Shown here: positions 26,083-38,337 of the stretch, one piece after another
Numbering within the stretch: the first letter of the stretch is position 1
How the letters are laid out: each line of letters starts with the position of its first letter
Assembly: GCA_964247055.1 (NCBI GenBank)
Contig: OZ176059.1
Coordinates: forward strand, 558,001 to 622,000
From: Paragordius varius
Taxonomy: Eukaryota; Animalia; Nematomorpha
Direction of reading: 5' to 3'
DNA length: 64,000 nucleotides
Notes under the pieces: model-generated
Seen by the model: only the letters and a program-made list of their open reading frames with translations
What the model was told of the DNA's origin: nothing
Database searches by the model: none
Translations under genes and position numbers: made by a program

Positions 26083-29000
26083 TTGTCTAATTATCTTTAC
26101 AAAAAAGTTTTGCCTTTGCTTTGAAATAACATTACATATACTCTATAACTATATATTAGTTTAAAGAAAAGGTTTAATTCGTAATCAATTGAAACGATAT
26201 GACACGACCATCCAATTAAAATTTTAAAAAATTAATTCAATATTGTATTATTTGTTCGATTCATTCGTTGGAAAAACAACGTTTTTATATAACAAAAATA
26301 CATTTTTGCATTACAACCAATTTAGATTAAATTATATTTAAACATATTAGTCATTCGCCAAAAGCGTTATTTTGTGGCCAAGAAAACGCCTATTTTTTTA
26401 GAATGTACTATTGACTGCTATGAAATTAGTTTTACCTGAGTTATAACGTATATAGTAGGCTGGTAAAAAAGCGGTAATTATTGCCAGATAAAATGAATTG
26501 GTTAGAAAAACGTTTCTTTGATTGGCTATTCATTTGTTTGGGAAAAAGCGTAATTATATGTGGTTGTTAGTTTAGTTTCAAAAGTACTAGAGTTCAATAG
26601 AAACGCGCGAAAAACCCCTTAAAATTAACATTTTTAATTTTGTCCTTTACTTTCTTATATACCATTTACAATTCAATTTCACCCTTAAACAATTCAAATT
26701 CACCCTTGAACAATTCAAATTCACCCTTGAACAATTCAAATTCACCCTCAAATAAAATATATGTTTTTTAAGATTAAAAATTACCCAATATTTTTATATA
26801 TTTTTAACAAATAAAAAATTTGTTTTAAATTAAAAAAATACTGTAAAAATAATTAACTATACCATAAACACATATTTCATATTAATAATGAGTTATATTA
26901 GTTCGAAACTCATAATTTATTTTTGGGGTGAATTTGAATTGTTCAAGGGGCAATTTGAATTGTTCGAGGGTGAATTTGAACTGTAAATGGTATATCTTTC
27001 ACACACACACACACACACACACAGTGGGAATTTCAAGTGGGCCCATGCGTCGGTATTGAAATGGGTGATCATTTGTGGATGGCTCGATTCATTCTACATC
27101 GTGTGTGTGAAGATTTCAACATTGTGGCATCGTTGGATCCTAAACCCATACATGGGGATTGGAATGGAGCTGGGTGTCATACCAATTTTTCCACTTTAGC
27201 TATGCGTGAACCGGAAGGCTTAAAGTATATATATATATATCATCTACAATTCAAATTCATTCTCGAAACTATTCAAATTCACCCTAAAAATGAGTTATGT
27301 TTTTTAGAGGCTAATGTAACTCATATCATTAATATGAAATATATTTTTATGGCATAGTTTGCTATTTTTTCAGAATTATATTGATATATAACAGAATTTC
27401 ATATTTTTAAATATTAAAAAAATAAAGGTAATTTTTAGACTTTGAAAACACACATAATTTATTTTATGGTGAATTTGACAACGGTAAATTCGAAATGTAA
27501 ATATATATATATATATATATATATCCATGCATGCTCGTTTTTTACAAGACCTAATGCAAAGAAAAAAAAATAGAATATCCAATTGTTGGGAGTGGACACA
27601 TTAATATAAATTTTTTTGCTTGTGTACTGGAAAGTATTTGTGTAAAAATAAATTTCTTTTCCATTATAACATTGAAGAAATAAACAAAATGGTTTATATA
27701 AAAATTGAATTTCATCTAATTTTATCTTTTATCTCTTTTGTATTTTATAAAATATAAGTTTTTAAAATGTATATATTTTTATTAAGTATTCTTTCTATCT
27801 ATGTAAAGTAATTTTATTATTATCATTATATATTTGATAAGTATTTCCCGTCATAATTTTTGATCCTTCCAATCCTATATGACATATCGAAACATTTAGA
27901 AATTATAATGCCAAAGTTAGTATAAATATTGGACAAAATCTTTTTTTAAATAATATATATGCAGCAAAAATTGAAATTTTTTAGACACTTAAAAATATAA
28001 AGACAATTTTTTTTTAAAAGAAAACTATACTTTTTGAATTTTTATTTTTTTAAATATAATTCCTTGTATTTTATGATTGAAATTAAATTATTTTAATTGT
28101 ATAAATAAAGTTTAAAATAGTATAATTATTTTTTTTAAAAACTGTCTTCATATTTTTCCGTTTTGTCCGTCCGTATAATTTCAATTTTTACTATTTGTTT
28201 ATATTTATTTATCATTCGAAATCGGGCAGAAAATGTGTTTTAAACAACATTTTTTTTGCACAATTATATAACAAACACTTTATTTCCACTCACTTACTCA
28301 CAAAATAGAGAATTAATTAATACACGTAACTTATGTTTGTATGTCATACATTATTTTAGGGAGATTGAATCAGCTGTTGAAAAATTGTCGCTGACCCATG
28401 ATCGCCACATCAGGTGTTACGATCCGAAAAAGGGGGCGGATAATGCCCGTCGGTTAACGGGCCGCCATGAGACAGCCCCCATCACAGATTTCAGTGCTGG
28501 CATAGCTAACCGGGGATGTAGTATACGTATCCCACGACACGTTGGTGAAGAAAGAAAGGGGTATTATATATACTCAATCTAATTTGATTCAAATTAGCTT
28601 TACTATATATATAATATCAAAAATTGAAAGTATACCAGGAGTGTTTGAATATTAGTGCTGCCCGCGATAAAATTATACGATATCTAAGTAAAAAATTTTC
28701 TGAATAGAGCTTTTCGAATTATGGCAAATTTTTATGATAATTTATAGTTTTTACTGTCTTATATGTTGAGAGTCTAGTAATAAAAAGGATTTGTTGATGT
28801 TCATTTATCCTGCGAATGTGGCCCGGCAAGCCATTTTGTTGGACACGCTATGAACAAAAACCTAAAAATATAAGAACAAATAATTTAACAAAGATAACAC
28901 CACCAGCTTTTTTATCTTTGATTCATTTTTTAAATGGCAAAGTATAAATTTTTAATGTAAATTGGTAATATAAATCATTTATATATTTTAAAATTGAAAT

Positions 29001-29438
29001 TAATCATTTATAAGAAAAAGTTAGAATAATAAATGTCCTAATGTTTTTAGTTGTTCATATTAGCTATGTAATTAAGTGGATTTAGATTATGCCACTATTA
29101 AATACAGTAAAAATTAAAATTATTAAGATAGATAAACATAACGTTAAAATCAAAAATACACTTTATATTTGAACCTTAATGATTTTGTTAATTTTTTCAT
29201 TTTTTAAATAGCTGTCATAGGGTATTTTGGTTGAGTACATAGCGTTTGTTTCAAGGAAAATATAAATCTATACATTATTTATAGATACTTGGAAGATCGT
29301 CGCCCTGCCAGCAATTGTGACCCATACCTTGTAACGTCGGCCATTATTAAAAGTGTCGTACTTGATAATTGGTCAGCAGACGATTTCGATGATAAACATG
29401 GGGAAAAGTCAGACGATTCATCACCCTCTACCTCATAA
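21648..29438 (+). CDS. GLUL: Glutamine synthetase (type II, cytosolic-like), 8 coding exons, 385 aa
   Basis: Exons 21648-21722, 22023-22113, 23701-23862, 24656-24802, 25826-25953, 27025-27224, 28360-28560, 29285-29438 are all GT-AG and phase-consistent (1158 nt). Motifs [87 protein letters not shown]. Confidence 0.97.
23222..23619. mobile_element. Family A MITE with an expanded right-arm ~21-bp repeat array
   Basis: Family A termini; many gggtgaatttgaattgtt-like units at ~23430-23610. In GS intron 2. Confidence 0.8.
25005..25180. mobile_element. Family C near-palindromic MITE
   Basis: Arms tgcttatttcacactatagt...cagtagtgtatggaaaaa are inverted around a short spacer; ends ATGCATACTG+TA. In GS intron 4. 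Confidence 0.8.
25569..25790. repeat. Foldback array of ~21-bp aaacgcaacattttt units (direct, then inverted)
   Basis: Repeat units switch orientation at ~25690; related units at ~35400-35500, ~55120-55160 and ~61985-62080. Confidence 0.7.
26662..26990. mobile_element. Family A MITE ending 34 nt before GS exon 6
   Basis: Intact family A termini with TA flanks. Confidence 0.9.
27240..27501. mobile_element. Degenerate family A MITE starting 15 nt after the GS exon 6 donor
   Basis: Left end catctacaattcaaattc, right end gaaatgtaaat, (TA)n on both sides. Confidence 0.75.
27962..28193. mobile_element. Family B MITE (CAGTAAAAATTGAAATTATACGGACAAAA termini, Tc1/mariner-like ends)
   Basis: Degenerate TIRs matching the intact copies. 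In GS intron 6. Confidence 0.65.
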
Positions 29439-31217
29439 TTATTTTTTTTATGTTTTTTACATGATTCATTTATTCATTCATTTTTTACAGCATTAAAAAT
29501 TGGAATTGTAAAGACAAATATTTTTTTAAGTAAATCTACTAACACACCGAGCCATACTTTTTAAACCTTAATGTACTGTAACCAACCTAACATAAAAAGG
29601 ATGATTGTTACAGTTGGAAAATGTATTATGATTTAAAGTCTTACTAACTATAATTTAATCTTGATTCTATACTTTGTCACCCAAAGCGGATAGCTGGTAT
29701 GAAAAATATTTATCTTTCTATTTTGACAATTTGTCTTTATAAAACCAATTTTTACTGTAATCAAATTCGGCGCAATTAACTTTTTATTTATGGAATTCAC
29801 AAAAGTCTTATATTAAATCAATTACTGGAATAAAAGTCGATTTTTTACAGCAGAAATTATATTTATTTATTGTTACATTTACAAATTTATTATTGAAACA
29901 ATCGCGATTAAATAGGCAGATATTAATTTTGAAATCTTTATCGATTTGACACGCTTTATAAGAATACATAAAAACAGTTCAATCATAAATTTTATATTCC
30001 TAATATTTTCAGAAAAGATATACTAAATTTTGCCATATTTTACACATTTATTTGCACAATTTTATTATCCATTAAATTTATAGAAAGAGATACTCATCAT
30101 ATATTACATATATTTTTTAGATGTTAAAGTATCACAAAAACTATTTATTTTGAATGGAAAAATCGTTGTTAAATTTATATTTATTATTCTTAATATATAT
30201 ACCTACACTATTTCATCAAGAATTTTATTGTTCATATCTTATAAACACCATAATTTCAAAATATGATAATAAATATGGTTTTTTAACAATTATATAATCA
30301 TTTACAAATGTTTATTACAGCTAATTTTTATTTTTTATATATCGTTAAGAAATGTAAAACCCATGATTATAAAAATTATATATCCATAAGTTTTGCCAAG
30401 GGCAATTTTTTAGGACGGAAGGTGTTATAGATTCAGAGGTATGTGAATTTGATATTCTTTTGTAAAGAGTGTTTTATTGTAATAATGTAGTCAGATTTTA
30501 TATATATGGAATATTAACAAGGGGTTGAAATAAATCAAAATATATTTATAAAGACATCCTTGTCTTTATTATGTAGTGAAATGGCAAATAGTAATGTTTT
30601 AATCTTTAAGATATAATCAACTATCAGGCCAAAGTTCGTAGACAAAATGGCCAAATTTTAATATAAAAAACGTCTTTAATGTGAACAATAAAAAGTAAAT
30701 TATGTTTAAACAACAATATTAACAATTATAAATGGTTAGTATTCAAAACCAATGATGATAATATCCGGAAAAAAATAATTTCTTTTGGCGTATTCTTAAA
30801 AATTGTTATTTTTCCCTACTAACAATCTGCAATGAAATGGTTCATTACTTACTCTTGTATACTGCCTTTATATAGGAATGTGATTTATTTATTTGTATAT
30901 AGTAAATATTAAAATTATACAGACAAAATATAAAGACAACCCCAAAACCTTAATTTTTCAATTCCCAAATTATATAATGACAATTTTAAAATACATTATA
31001 ATTAATTGTGTTACAAATATCCATATCTATTACATACTTTCCATGCAATTTTCAACAATGAGTTATATTACAAGGTTTAAAAAGGTCCAACTTTTTTTTA
31101 TAAATAATATACTTTATGTTTTAAAACCGCATATTTTCAATTTTTCTATAAGTGTGTAGTAATACAAAAAGGTATAGACTAATTTATTGGCTATCAATAA
31201 CATTATATAAAATATAT

Positions 31218-31376
31218 TATGCATTTTAATGGTTGCTTATTTCACACTATATTCGGACAATTCGCAACACAGTAGTGTATGGAAAAAACAAGCAAATGTT
31301 GAATAAACAATTATTTCCTTTTCCATACACTACTGTGTTTCAAATTGCCCTACTATAGTGAATAAACAACCATTAA
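31218..31376. mobile_element. Family C near-palindromic MITE
   Basis: Matches the family C arms. Confidence 0.8.
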
Positions 31377-31626
31377 CTATAATAAAACTATAACAATTCT
31401 ATAATAATAACAACACGAGATCAAATGTACTTTAATTCTAATTTGTGTTAATAATCTAATATAATAATTTGAAAAAAAATGAAAATTTGAGAAAATAATC
31501 TAATATAATAATGAGCAAGCAGAACAATATAATTGGGATGAGATGGGTGGGTATTTGATTGATAAATTTATTTTGAATTTTTAGTCCGAATTTTTCTAAA
31601 TAATTATATATATTATAAAATTTATA

Positions 31627-31921
31627 CAGTAATTGAAATTATACGGACAATACGTAAAAATATAAAGACAAGTATTATTTTCTAAAAAAACCGTGCTTTT
31701 TAAATCTCAATAGTTTGAAATATAAACCATTTATTTATAATTGCAAAATAAGAATAGAGATGTGTATTAGTAACGCCAACAATTATATATATTTTAATAC
31801 TGTAATTAATTAGTTTGTAAAGTAAAAATTGAGGTTTAAAAAAGTATGGGGTTATCATTTAAGAAAAAATATATTTATTTTTATATTTTAACTTTTGTCC
31901 GTTTGATTTCAATTTTCACTG
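31627..31921. mobile_element. Family B MITE
   Basis: TA|CAGT...ACTG termini with the ttgaaattatacggacaa subterminal motif. Confidence 0.75.
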
Positions 31922-31990
31922 CAATAATTAATTTTATAATATTAAAAAACATAATCACGGTCCTTATAGGCAAGTTTACTTCGTATAATA

Positions 31991-32174
31991 CAGTATACAT
32001 TTTAATGGTTGCTTATTTCGCACTATAGTAGGGCATTTTCGATTCGCAACACAGTAGTGTATGGAAAAAAGAAAAGAAATAATTGTTTATTCAACATTTT
32101 GTCGTTTTTTCCATACACTACTGTGCTGTGTTGCAAATTACCCAACTATAGTGTTTTAAAATCATCATACCATA
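31991..32174. mobile_element. Family C near-palindromic MITE
   Basis: TA|CAGTATACATTTTAATGG start and inverted arms. Confidence 0.8.
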
Positions 32175-32785
32175 CATAAATACTAAACTAAAGATATTAT
32201 GCATGTTATCTATTTTTTTATTCTACTTTTTTGCATTTCCAATATCATTTTTATGGTGAGATGTACGCTTGTTAACTTGTTTCCTTTTTGCTTTCACTGG
32301 ATAAATATTTTTCGTCTTGGTTGGCAACAATTTTTGTCGAGGTTTCGTTACTACATTACTATCTGAATCTATATATATATATATACATATATATAAGACA
32401 CCACGTGAAAATTTATCGTATTTTTTTAAATCATAAAATTAAAACACATTTTTATCAATATACTCACGTTTAAAAACTAAATCTCAAGCACTCTTTTTTA
32501 AGTTTACATATTTGTTTTTGGGTCTGAAAAAAATGTTGTTTTAATCCCAGAAAACATATGTTATTAAACTTTTTTTCCAAATATAAATCAATAGATTTAA
32601 TGTAATAATATGAAATAATTAATGTAAAATATTCAAGTAATTTTAATTTTTCTCGTTTATACGCGCTACCTGTATTAATCAATCTTGGTATTATAATTTT
32701 ATATAGTTGTTATTACTAATTAAAAAACAAACCGGCAACCATATTAAATATTGTAAATATATATTAAAAGAACCTCCTTTCAATA

Positions 32786-32968
32786 CATATGCATTTTAAT
32801 GGTTGCTTATTACAACTAGTTGGGCAATTTGCAACATAGTAATGTATGGAAAAAAACAAAAATGTTGAATAAACAATTTTCTTATTTTTTTCAATACGCT
32901 ATTGGTATGTTGCGAATTGCCCAACTCTATATTGTGTTTGAAATAAGTAACCATCAAAATTCATCTGT
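32786..32968. mobile_element. Family C near-palindromic MITE
   Basis: Inverted arms. It also explains the spurious + ORF 32820-33242. Confidence 0.75.
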
Positions 32969-33418
32969 ATTTTGGATTATACAATCCTATCAATTCATAT
33001 ATGTAAAAAATACCAAAACCAAAAAAACATATACTAAATTAGGGAATAATGTTTTACTTTTCATTTTCATGTTATTAACTTTTATAATAATAATCAATAA
33101 AGAAAAAAATAGAACAAAAAGAATACTAAAGGAAAGTTTTTATATTAACAAAACAGAAAATATAATGGACAGAAAGAAAGACCTTAACAATATAAATAAC
33201 ATTACAAACTTTTTTCTTAATAATACACACATGTTTTTTTAGTTTCATTCTCATTAAATATTTTTACTTTATACATTAAATTTTGGTTTATATTTTAATT
33301 TTATTTTTTACGTTTGACAAAGTTTACTTGTATTAATGAATTCATAATAAATTCATATAATTTTAGCTGAATTATAATTGCAATATAATAATAATTGTTT
33401 ACAGGAATAGTGTTAATG

Positions 33419-33430
<12 letters not shown>

Positions 33431-33477
<47 letters not shown>

Positions 33478-33480
33478 TAT
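33431..33480. repeat. (TA)n microsatellite, representative of many (also ~2931-2970, 4019-4064, 22290-22324, 26027-26078, 34994-35041, 41364-41404, 49190-49219, 53579-53604)
   Basis: Directly visible dinucleotide runs. Confidence 0.95.
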
Positions 33481-33496
33481 GCAAAAAAGTTATAAC

Positions 33497-34997
33497 CTGT
33501 AGAACCATATTCAACTTTTATACTATTGGCTGGGATTGTATCGCTATCTATATCAGAGGAAGCAGTGCCTTTGACAGTAAAATATTGGGATATATCCTTT
33601 TTCTTAGTATTATTGTTAGGTTTATTCTTAACAATTTTACCAGATTTCAATTTTTCATTACTATATATATATATATATATAGTCATATATCCTTTATTTT
33701 ATCAAAAACATATTTTTTTTCAATAAATAGGTATAAACATTTGGTAAAGAATGGAAAAAAAAGCGCTATGGTATTAACAATACCATATTAATTAAAGTAA
33801 AAGAATTACCATTGAGCTCTTGTTTTTTCCATTCTTTACCAAATATTTATACCCATTTAACGAAAAAAAATACATTTTTGATAAATAAAGGATGCATAAC
33901 TGTATATATATAATAATTTGAACATTAAGTCAAATTTAATATCTTATATAAGGATAAATAATAAATGGGGTTAGGTCTAAAACCCGTTATGGCATTATGA
34001 CTGTTGCTCTTTCAAACGAAAAATTTATAAAAAATCAAGTTAAATTTTAATAAATATTGTTAATTCCATATATAGTTAATTATAACTAACTATTGTAATT
34101 TACATCACATATTATTTTATTAAATCGGTCAAAAACCCAAAAAAATTTATAATACTTATATAACTATAAACCTTAAACATTATATAGATGTTAATATTAT
34201 TATTTTTTTTCAAGAAACAATTACTTAATTAATATATATACAGTATGAGTAAGTATATATTGCTAGTAAGCTATAGATTATTGCCAAATTAGCATATTAT
34301 CAAATAGCAGTATTATTGGCTATAATTATTTTCCTCACTTTTTACTATTATTAGTCAATAATTATTATCTTTACTGTATTTACTATTTCGTGGAATTACT
34401 AACTTTCTAGCAATATATACTTACTCTTATAATGTATTTCATATCAATATACATTTTCACGTCAATATCGATCGGTTTAATCAAATTTTGACCATCAAAC
34501 TGATTTTTTATGTTGTTCACTTGCATACTTACAGGGTGATATTGGAGATTCCCGTATGGTTGTAGCAAATTAATTGCCTATATATATATATATATGTATA
34601 TACAGTAAAAATTGAAATTATACGGACAAAAAGTAAAAATATTATAAATAAGGCAAATTTTCTTCTTAAATACCACCATACTTTTTATATCTTGATTTTT
34701 TAAATATAGCTCATAGTTTAAAACTGTAAAGTATAAAATAGAGATATATATTGGTAATACAATAAATTATATATATTTTAAAATTTTAATTAAATAGTAA
34801 ATATGGGAAATATTAAGATTTAAAAAAGTATGGTGGTTTAATACCTTATCTGTAGGGGTGTTAGGGTCCAACCAATCTATTATGTCTTGATTAGTAGCTA
34901 AAACAGCCTTTATACAAATACAAATATAAATATATAAAATAATGATTGATAACTTATTATTAATGATTTTGGAAATTTCTTACTTGGAATAAATTAT

Positions 34998-35043
<46 letters not shown>

Positions 35044-37757
35044 ACTTATTAGAAAAAATGTAAATTAACTTAAATATCAATGAATTAAAAATTAACCCTT
35101 ACCGGCATTCTATTATGGATCCAGGAAACGCTTTTATGGGCCGGAACCGTGATTATAGTATAGGAAAACATACAATCCTACATATTACAGTATAGTATAT
35201 AAAAAAGCAAGCATTTGTTAAAGCAAAAAAATTTTTTTTATCACAAAATTCTTAATTAATGTTTTATTTTAATCGTTTTGTATGGAAAAAAAATGGAATA
35301 AAAAAGACTTTTCTATTTCAAATACTATTTATTATCAAGCTATCTCAGGAACAAATCAATAATTGGGCATTTAAAAAAAATTTTCAGTAAATAATAAATT
35401 TTTGAGTCAAAAGCAACCAATTTTTTCAATTTCAAGCAAACACAACAATTTCAAGCAAACGCTATCAAAAATTTTTCATAAAACGCAATTTAAGTTTTTT
35501 GCTTATAATAGCAAAAAAAAACCAATTTTTTTAGGAACATATATTAGAATAATTGACTTTTAGTTTTTATCCAATGCAATGTTTATTATTTATTTTAAAG
35601 GGCATTCATTATATTACATTTCATTTATTATTTGGTGTGAGATAAAAAATGGTAACATTTTAATTTATTATAATTAACAACCTTAAACAAAGTGCCAACA
35701 ATAAAATTTATATGAAAATAAACTCGGATAGAGTCCCTCTTGCTTGATTGATAATGTATATCAAAGAGACCAGCTAACGTCATTAATTTGCTACAATTCC
35801 ATTCTATGTTACCATCTAAGACATATATATATAGTTAAATTTAAATTTAAAAAAAGCAAATTTTTTTTCAAAATATATGTATTGGTGTAATGAGAGCAAG
35901 TTACAATTAAAATATATGGTTCAACACATGAAAAAGGCTTAAATTTGAACGTGTTAGTTTTTATTAAAAATAATTTAGGATATTAACTTTTATACTTTGA
36001 TTAGTTATGATCAAATTCATTTACATTCAATATTTTTTGCTAGCCATTATATATACTATTTACAGTACAAATTCACCCTTAAACAATTCAAATTCACCAT
36101 TAAACAATTCAAATTCACCCTAAAAATAAATTAGTTGTTTTCAATTATTATAACTCTATTATTAATATGAAATATATCTTTGTGGCATAGTTTATTTTCA
36201 GTATTATTTTAATTTAAAACATTTTATTTTCCAAAAATATATAAAATAGGTAATCTTTGAAAAAACGCCTAATATATTTTAGGGTGAATGTGAACTGTAA
36301 ATGGTATATATATATATATATGTATATCAGTTAGCATAAATTTATTGGTGATTTTTAAAATTTTAAAAAAATTATTACATACCCTTTTGAAGTTGTATTT
36401 GATTTTCGGGGAAGTAGAAGAAATATGGCTGTTTTTGTCCACCAATTTTGTGCCATTCATAATAACTATATAATGATAAATTATTCACTATTTACGTTTT
36501 AAAATAATAATAAAATATATTTTGATTAATATTAAAAATTTTGCTATAGTTTACAGTTACAAAAAACGAAACTATATATATTTTTTGCTTAAAACAGATA
36601 TTTAAACTTAGTATAAACTTAGCGTTTTACATGTTAAAGCAAAGAATACGGATCTAAGTAAATTAACAGCACACTATTTTTTATTTCTTATACATTTGAC
36701 GGTTATATAACTTGGATACAAGACATTTATTATAGTTCTTCGAATCAAATTGGGGTAGTTGGATACCCCGGGCCTGTTTAAAATTAAATACTTTAAAAAA
36801 TATGGAAGGAATCGAAAATATAGTAACACTTATTTAACAAATATACAAAATATTCATTAAAAAATCATTGATTCTACTTATAAAGATAAAATCCAAAGGT
36901 AAAATTTATTTTATCAACATGACAAGTGTATATTAGCTAAATTCAAAATAATAGAAAATTAACCACTTTTTCTATTTATATCAATGTTAGATGTGATTTA
37001 ATAAAAAATTAGTTAAAATTAAATAAACACTCTATTTCGCAAAAATATTGTAATATAAAAATGGCGTCGAAGTAGTTTGGTATGGAACTGTTTTTGCAAA
37101 ACTAAATTTTATTTAGATATTTCGGGTTTATACAATTTTTAATAGGATAGTTCAAATTGGAACCGTTTCTTTCAGTATTTTTAAAAAATACAACTTAAAT
37201 ATCATCAGGGTAATTTAGATACCCCAATTTAAATCGAAGCGTATAGGACTACATTAAATCGTATTTTTATTTAAAAAAATAAAACAATAAAACATATCAA
37301 AAAAATGTGAATTTTAGCGTAATTACCCATCAGCTAAAATCACACATCTCATGTTTTTGCTTATGGCATGTTTATACATGGGTTTCAATGTCATACCCTC
37401 CTTACGACAATTTATTGTGCTAAAATGAAATTTGCTGACTTCACCTTTGTACCAATTAGGTATAAGGGTCCAATACATGGATAATATAGTATACTTATCT
37501 TCAATTGTTTGAAATTTTTCATTGGAAAATAGATTGTTAATGACTGAAGAATTGACTAATATGGGATTGTTTGATCTGGGTGCTTTATTGTACGATGGAT
37601 AGAAGTGAGAACCATTTTCGATATAATTAATATTATTTTCTTTATTCGTTTTGCCATTGTTATCAATGAGGTTCATACATAAGTTACATAACTCATCAGG
37701 GTTTTTGGCACTACAAAATTTAAATTTTTAAATATACCAAGCTGTACGACCGCACAT
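33497..37757 (-). CDS. HMCES: HMCES / SRAP-domain abasic-site processing protein, at least 8 coding exons
   Basis: Minus-strand exons 37757-37738 (MCGRTA+tg), 37710-37327, 36465-36383, 35815-35724, 35177-35103, 34907-34845, 34577-34453, 33660-~33497, all phase-consistent. Motifs MCGRT, PSYNKAPRSNNPIL, YWTLIPNW, TINCR, RCVILADGYYEW, QPYFFYF, LMTLAGLFD, FSYTIITV, IHNRMPAVL, DWLD, YHPVS match SRAP family motifs, including Cys2, the EW glutamate and the H-x-R-M-P motif. The C-terminal end is unresolved (stop at 33399, or a further exon near 32669). Confidence 0.93.
33681..33902. mobile_element. Family J foldback MITE
   Basis: Inverted arms (atatcctttattttatcaaaa / tttgataaataaaggatgcat); second copy at 61014-61233. 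In HMCES intron 7. Confidence 0.7.
34241..34434. mobile_element. Family F MITE (TA|CAGTATGAGTAAGTATATATTGCTAG termini)
   Basis: Inverted termini; other copies at ~17030-17600, 41713-41871+44242-44262, 47385-47572 and ~47820-48010. Confidence 0.75.
34603..34838. mobile_element. Truncated family B MITE filling most of HMCES intron 6
   Basis: Intact CAGTAAAAATTGAAATTATACGGAC arm; the other arm is cut off next to the donor at 34844. Confidence 0.7.
36056..36304. mobile_element. Family A MITE in HMCES intron 3
   Basis: Family A termini with TA flanks. Confidence 0.8.
36709..37241. mobile_element. Decayed family D element in HMCES intron 2
   Basis: Colinear with 4235-4810 along its length; termini mutated. 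Confidence 0.75.
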
Positions 37758-38337
37758 TTTTTCGTGATATAGTGGTATGGTACTTATTTGATATCACGTT
37801 TACGCATAAAAATTGTCCACTTTTTTGGTGCCTTTATTTAAATTAAAAAGTCTGTTTAAAAATTAAAAAATTGATGTTTAAACTTAAGAGATTCCTATTC
37901 TATTAGGTAAACAATTATTTCTTTTTAAGGTCTTAAAATCGAAACCAGCAGGAAAACATCGCTTCTAATAAATTACTTTTTCAGTATGGAATTTTTTTCA
38001 TTAATATTATTTAAATCTATCAAAATATTGAAATTATTGTATAACTAAACAGAATTATTGCACAAATATTAAATAATAGCGCATCTCAAACTTTACCTAA
38101 AATATTTTTTTGCTTTATATATTAAAAAAACAGGTATTCTTTAAAGTCCTGTTTACAATGTTCAGCATATCTTTTATATTTTAGGAAATCAGCTGCAAAA
38201 CAAATTAGTTTGGGTGCTACAATACAATATATTTTTCAAAAGACAATTTATACTTTTTAAACCGTATTTTATCGAATATAAAGTGTTTCATTGCATAAGG
38301 GAGAATTTATAAATTGTGGTTCCAATTTAAATTAATT

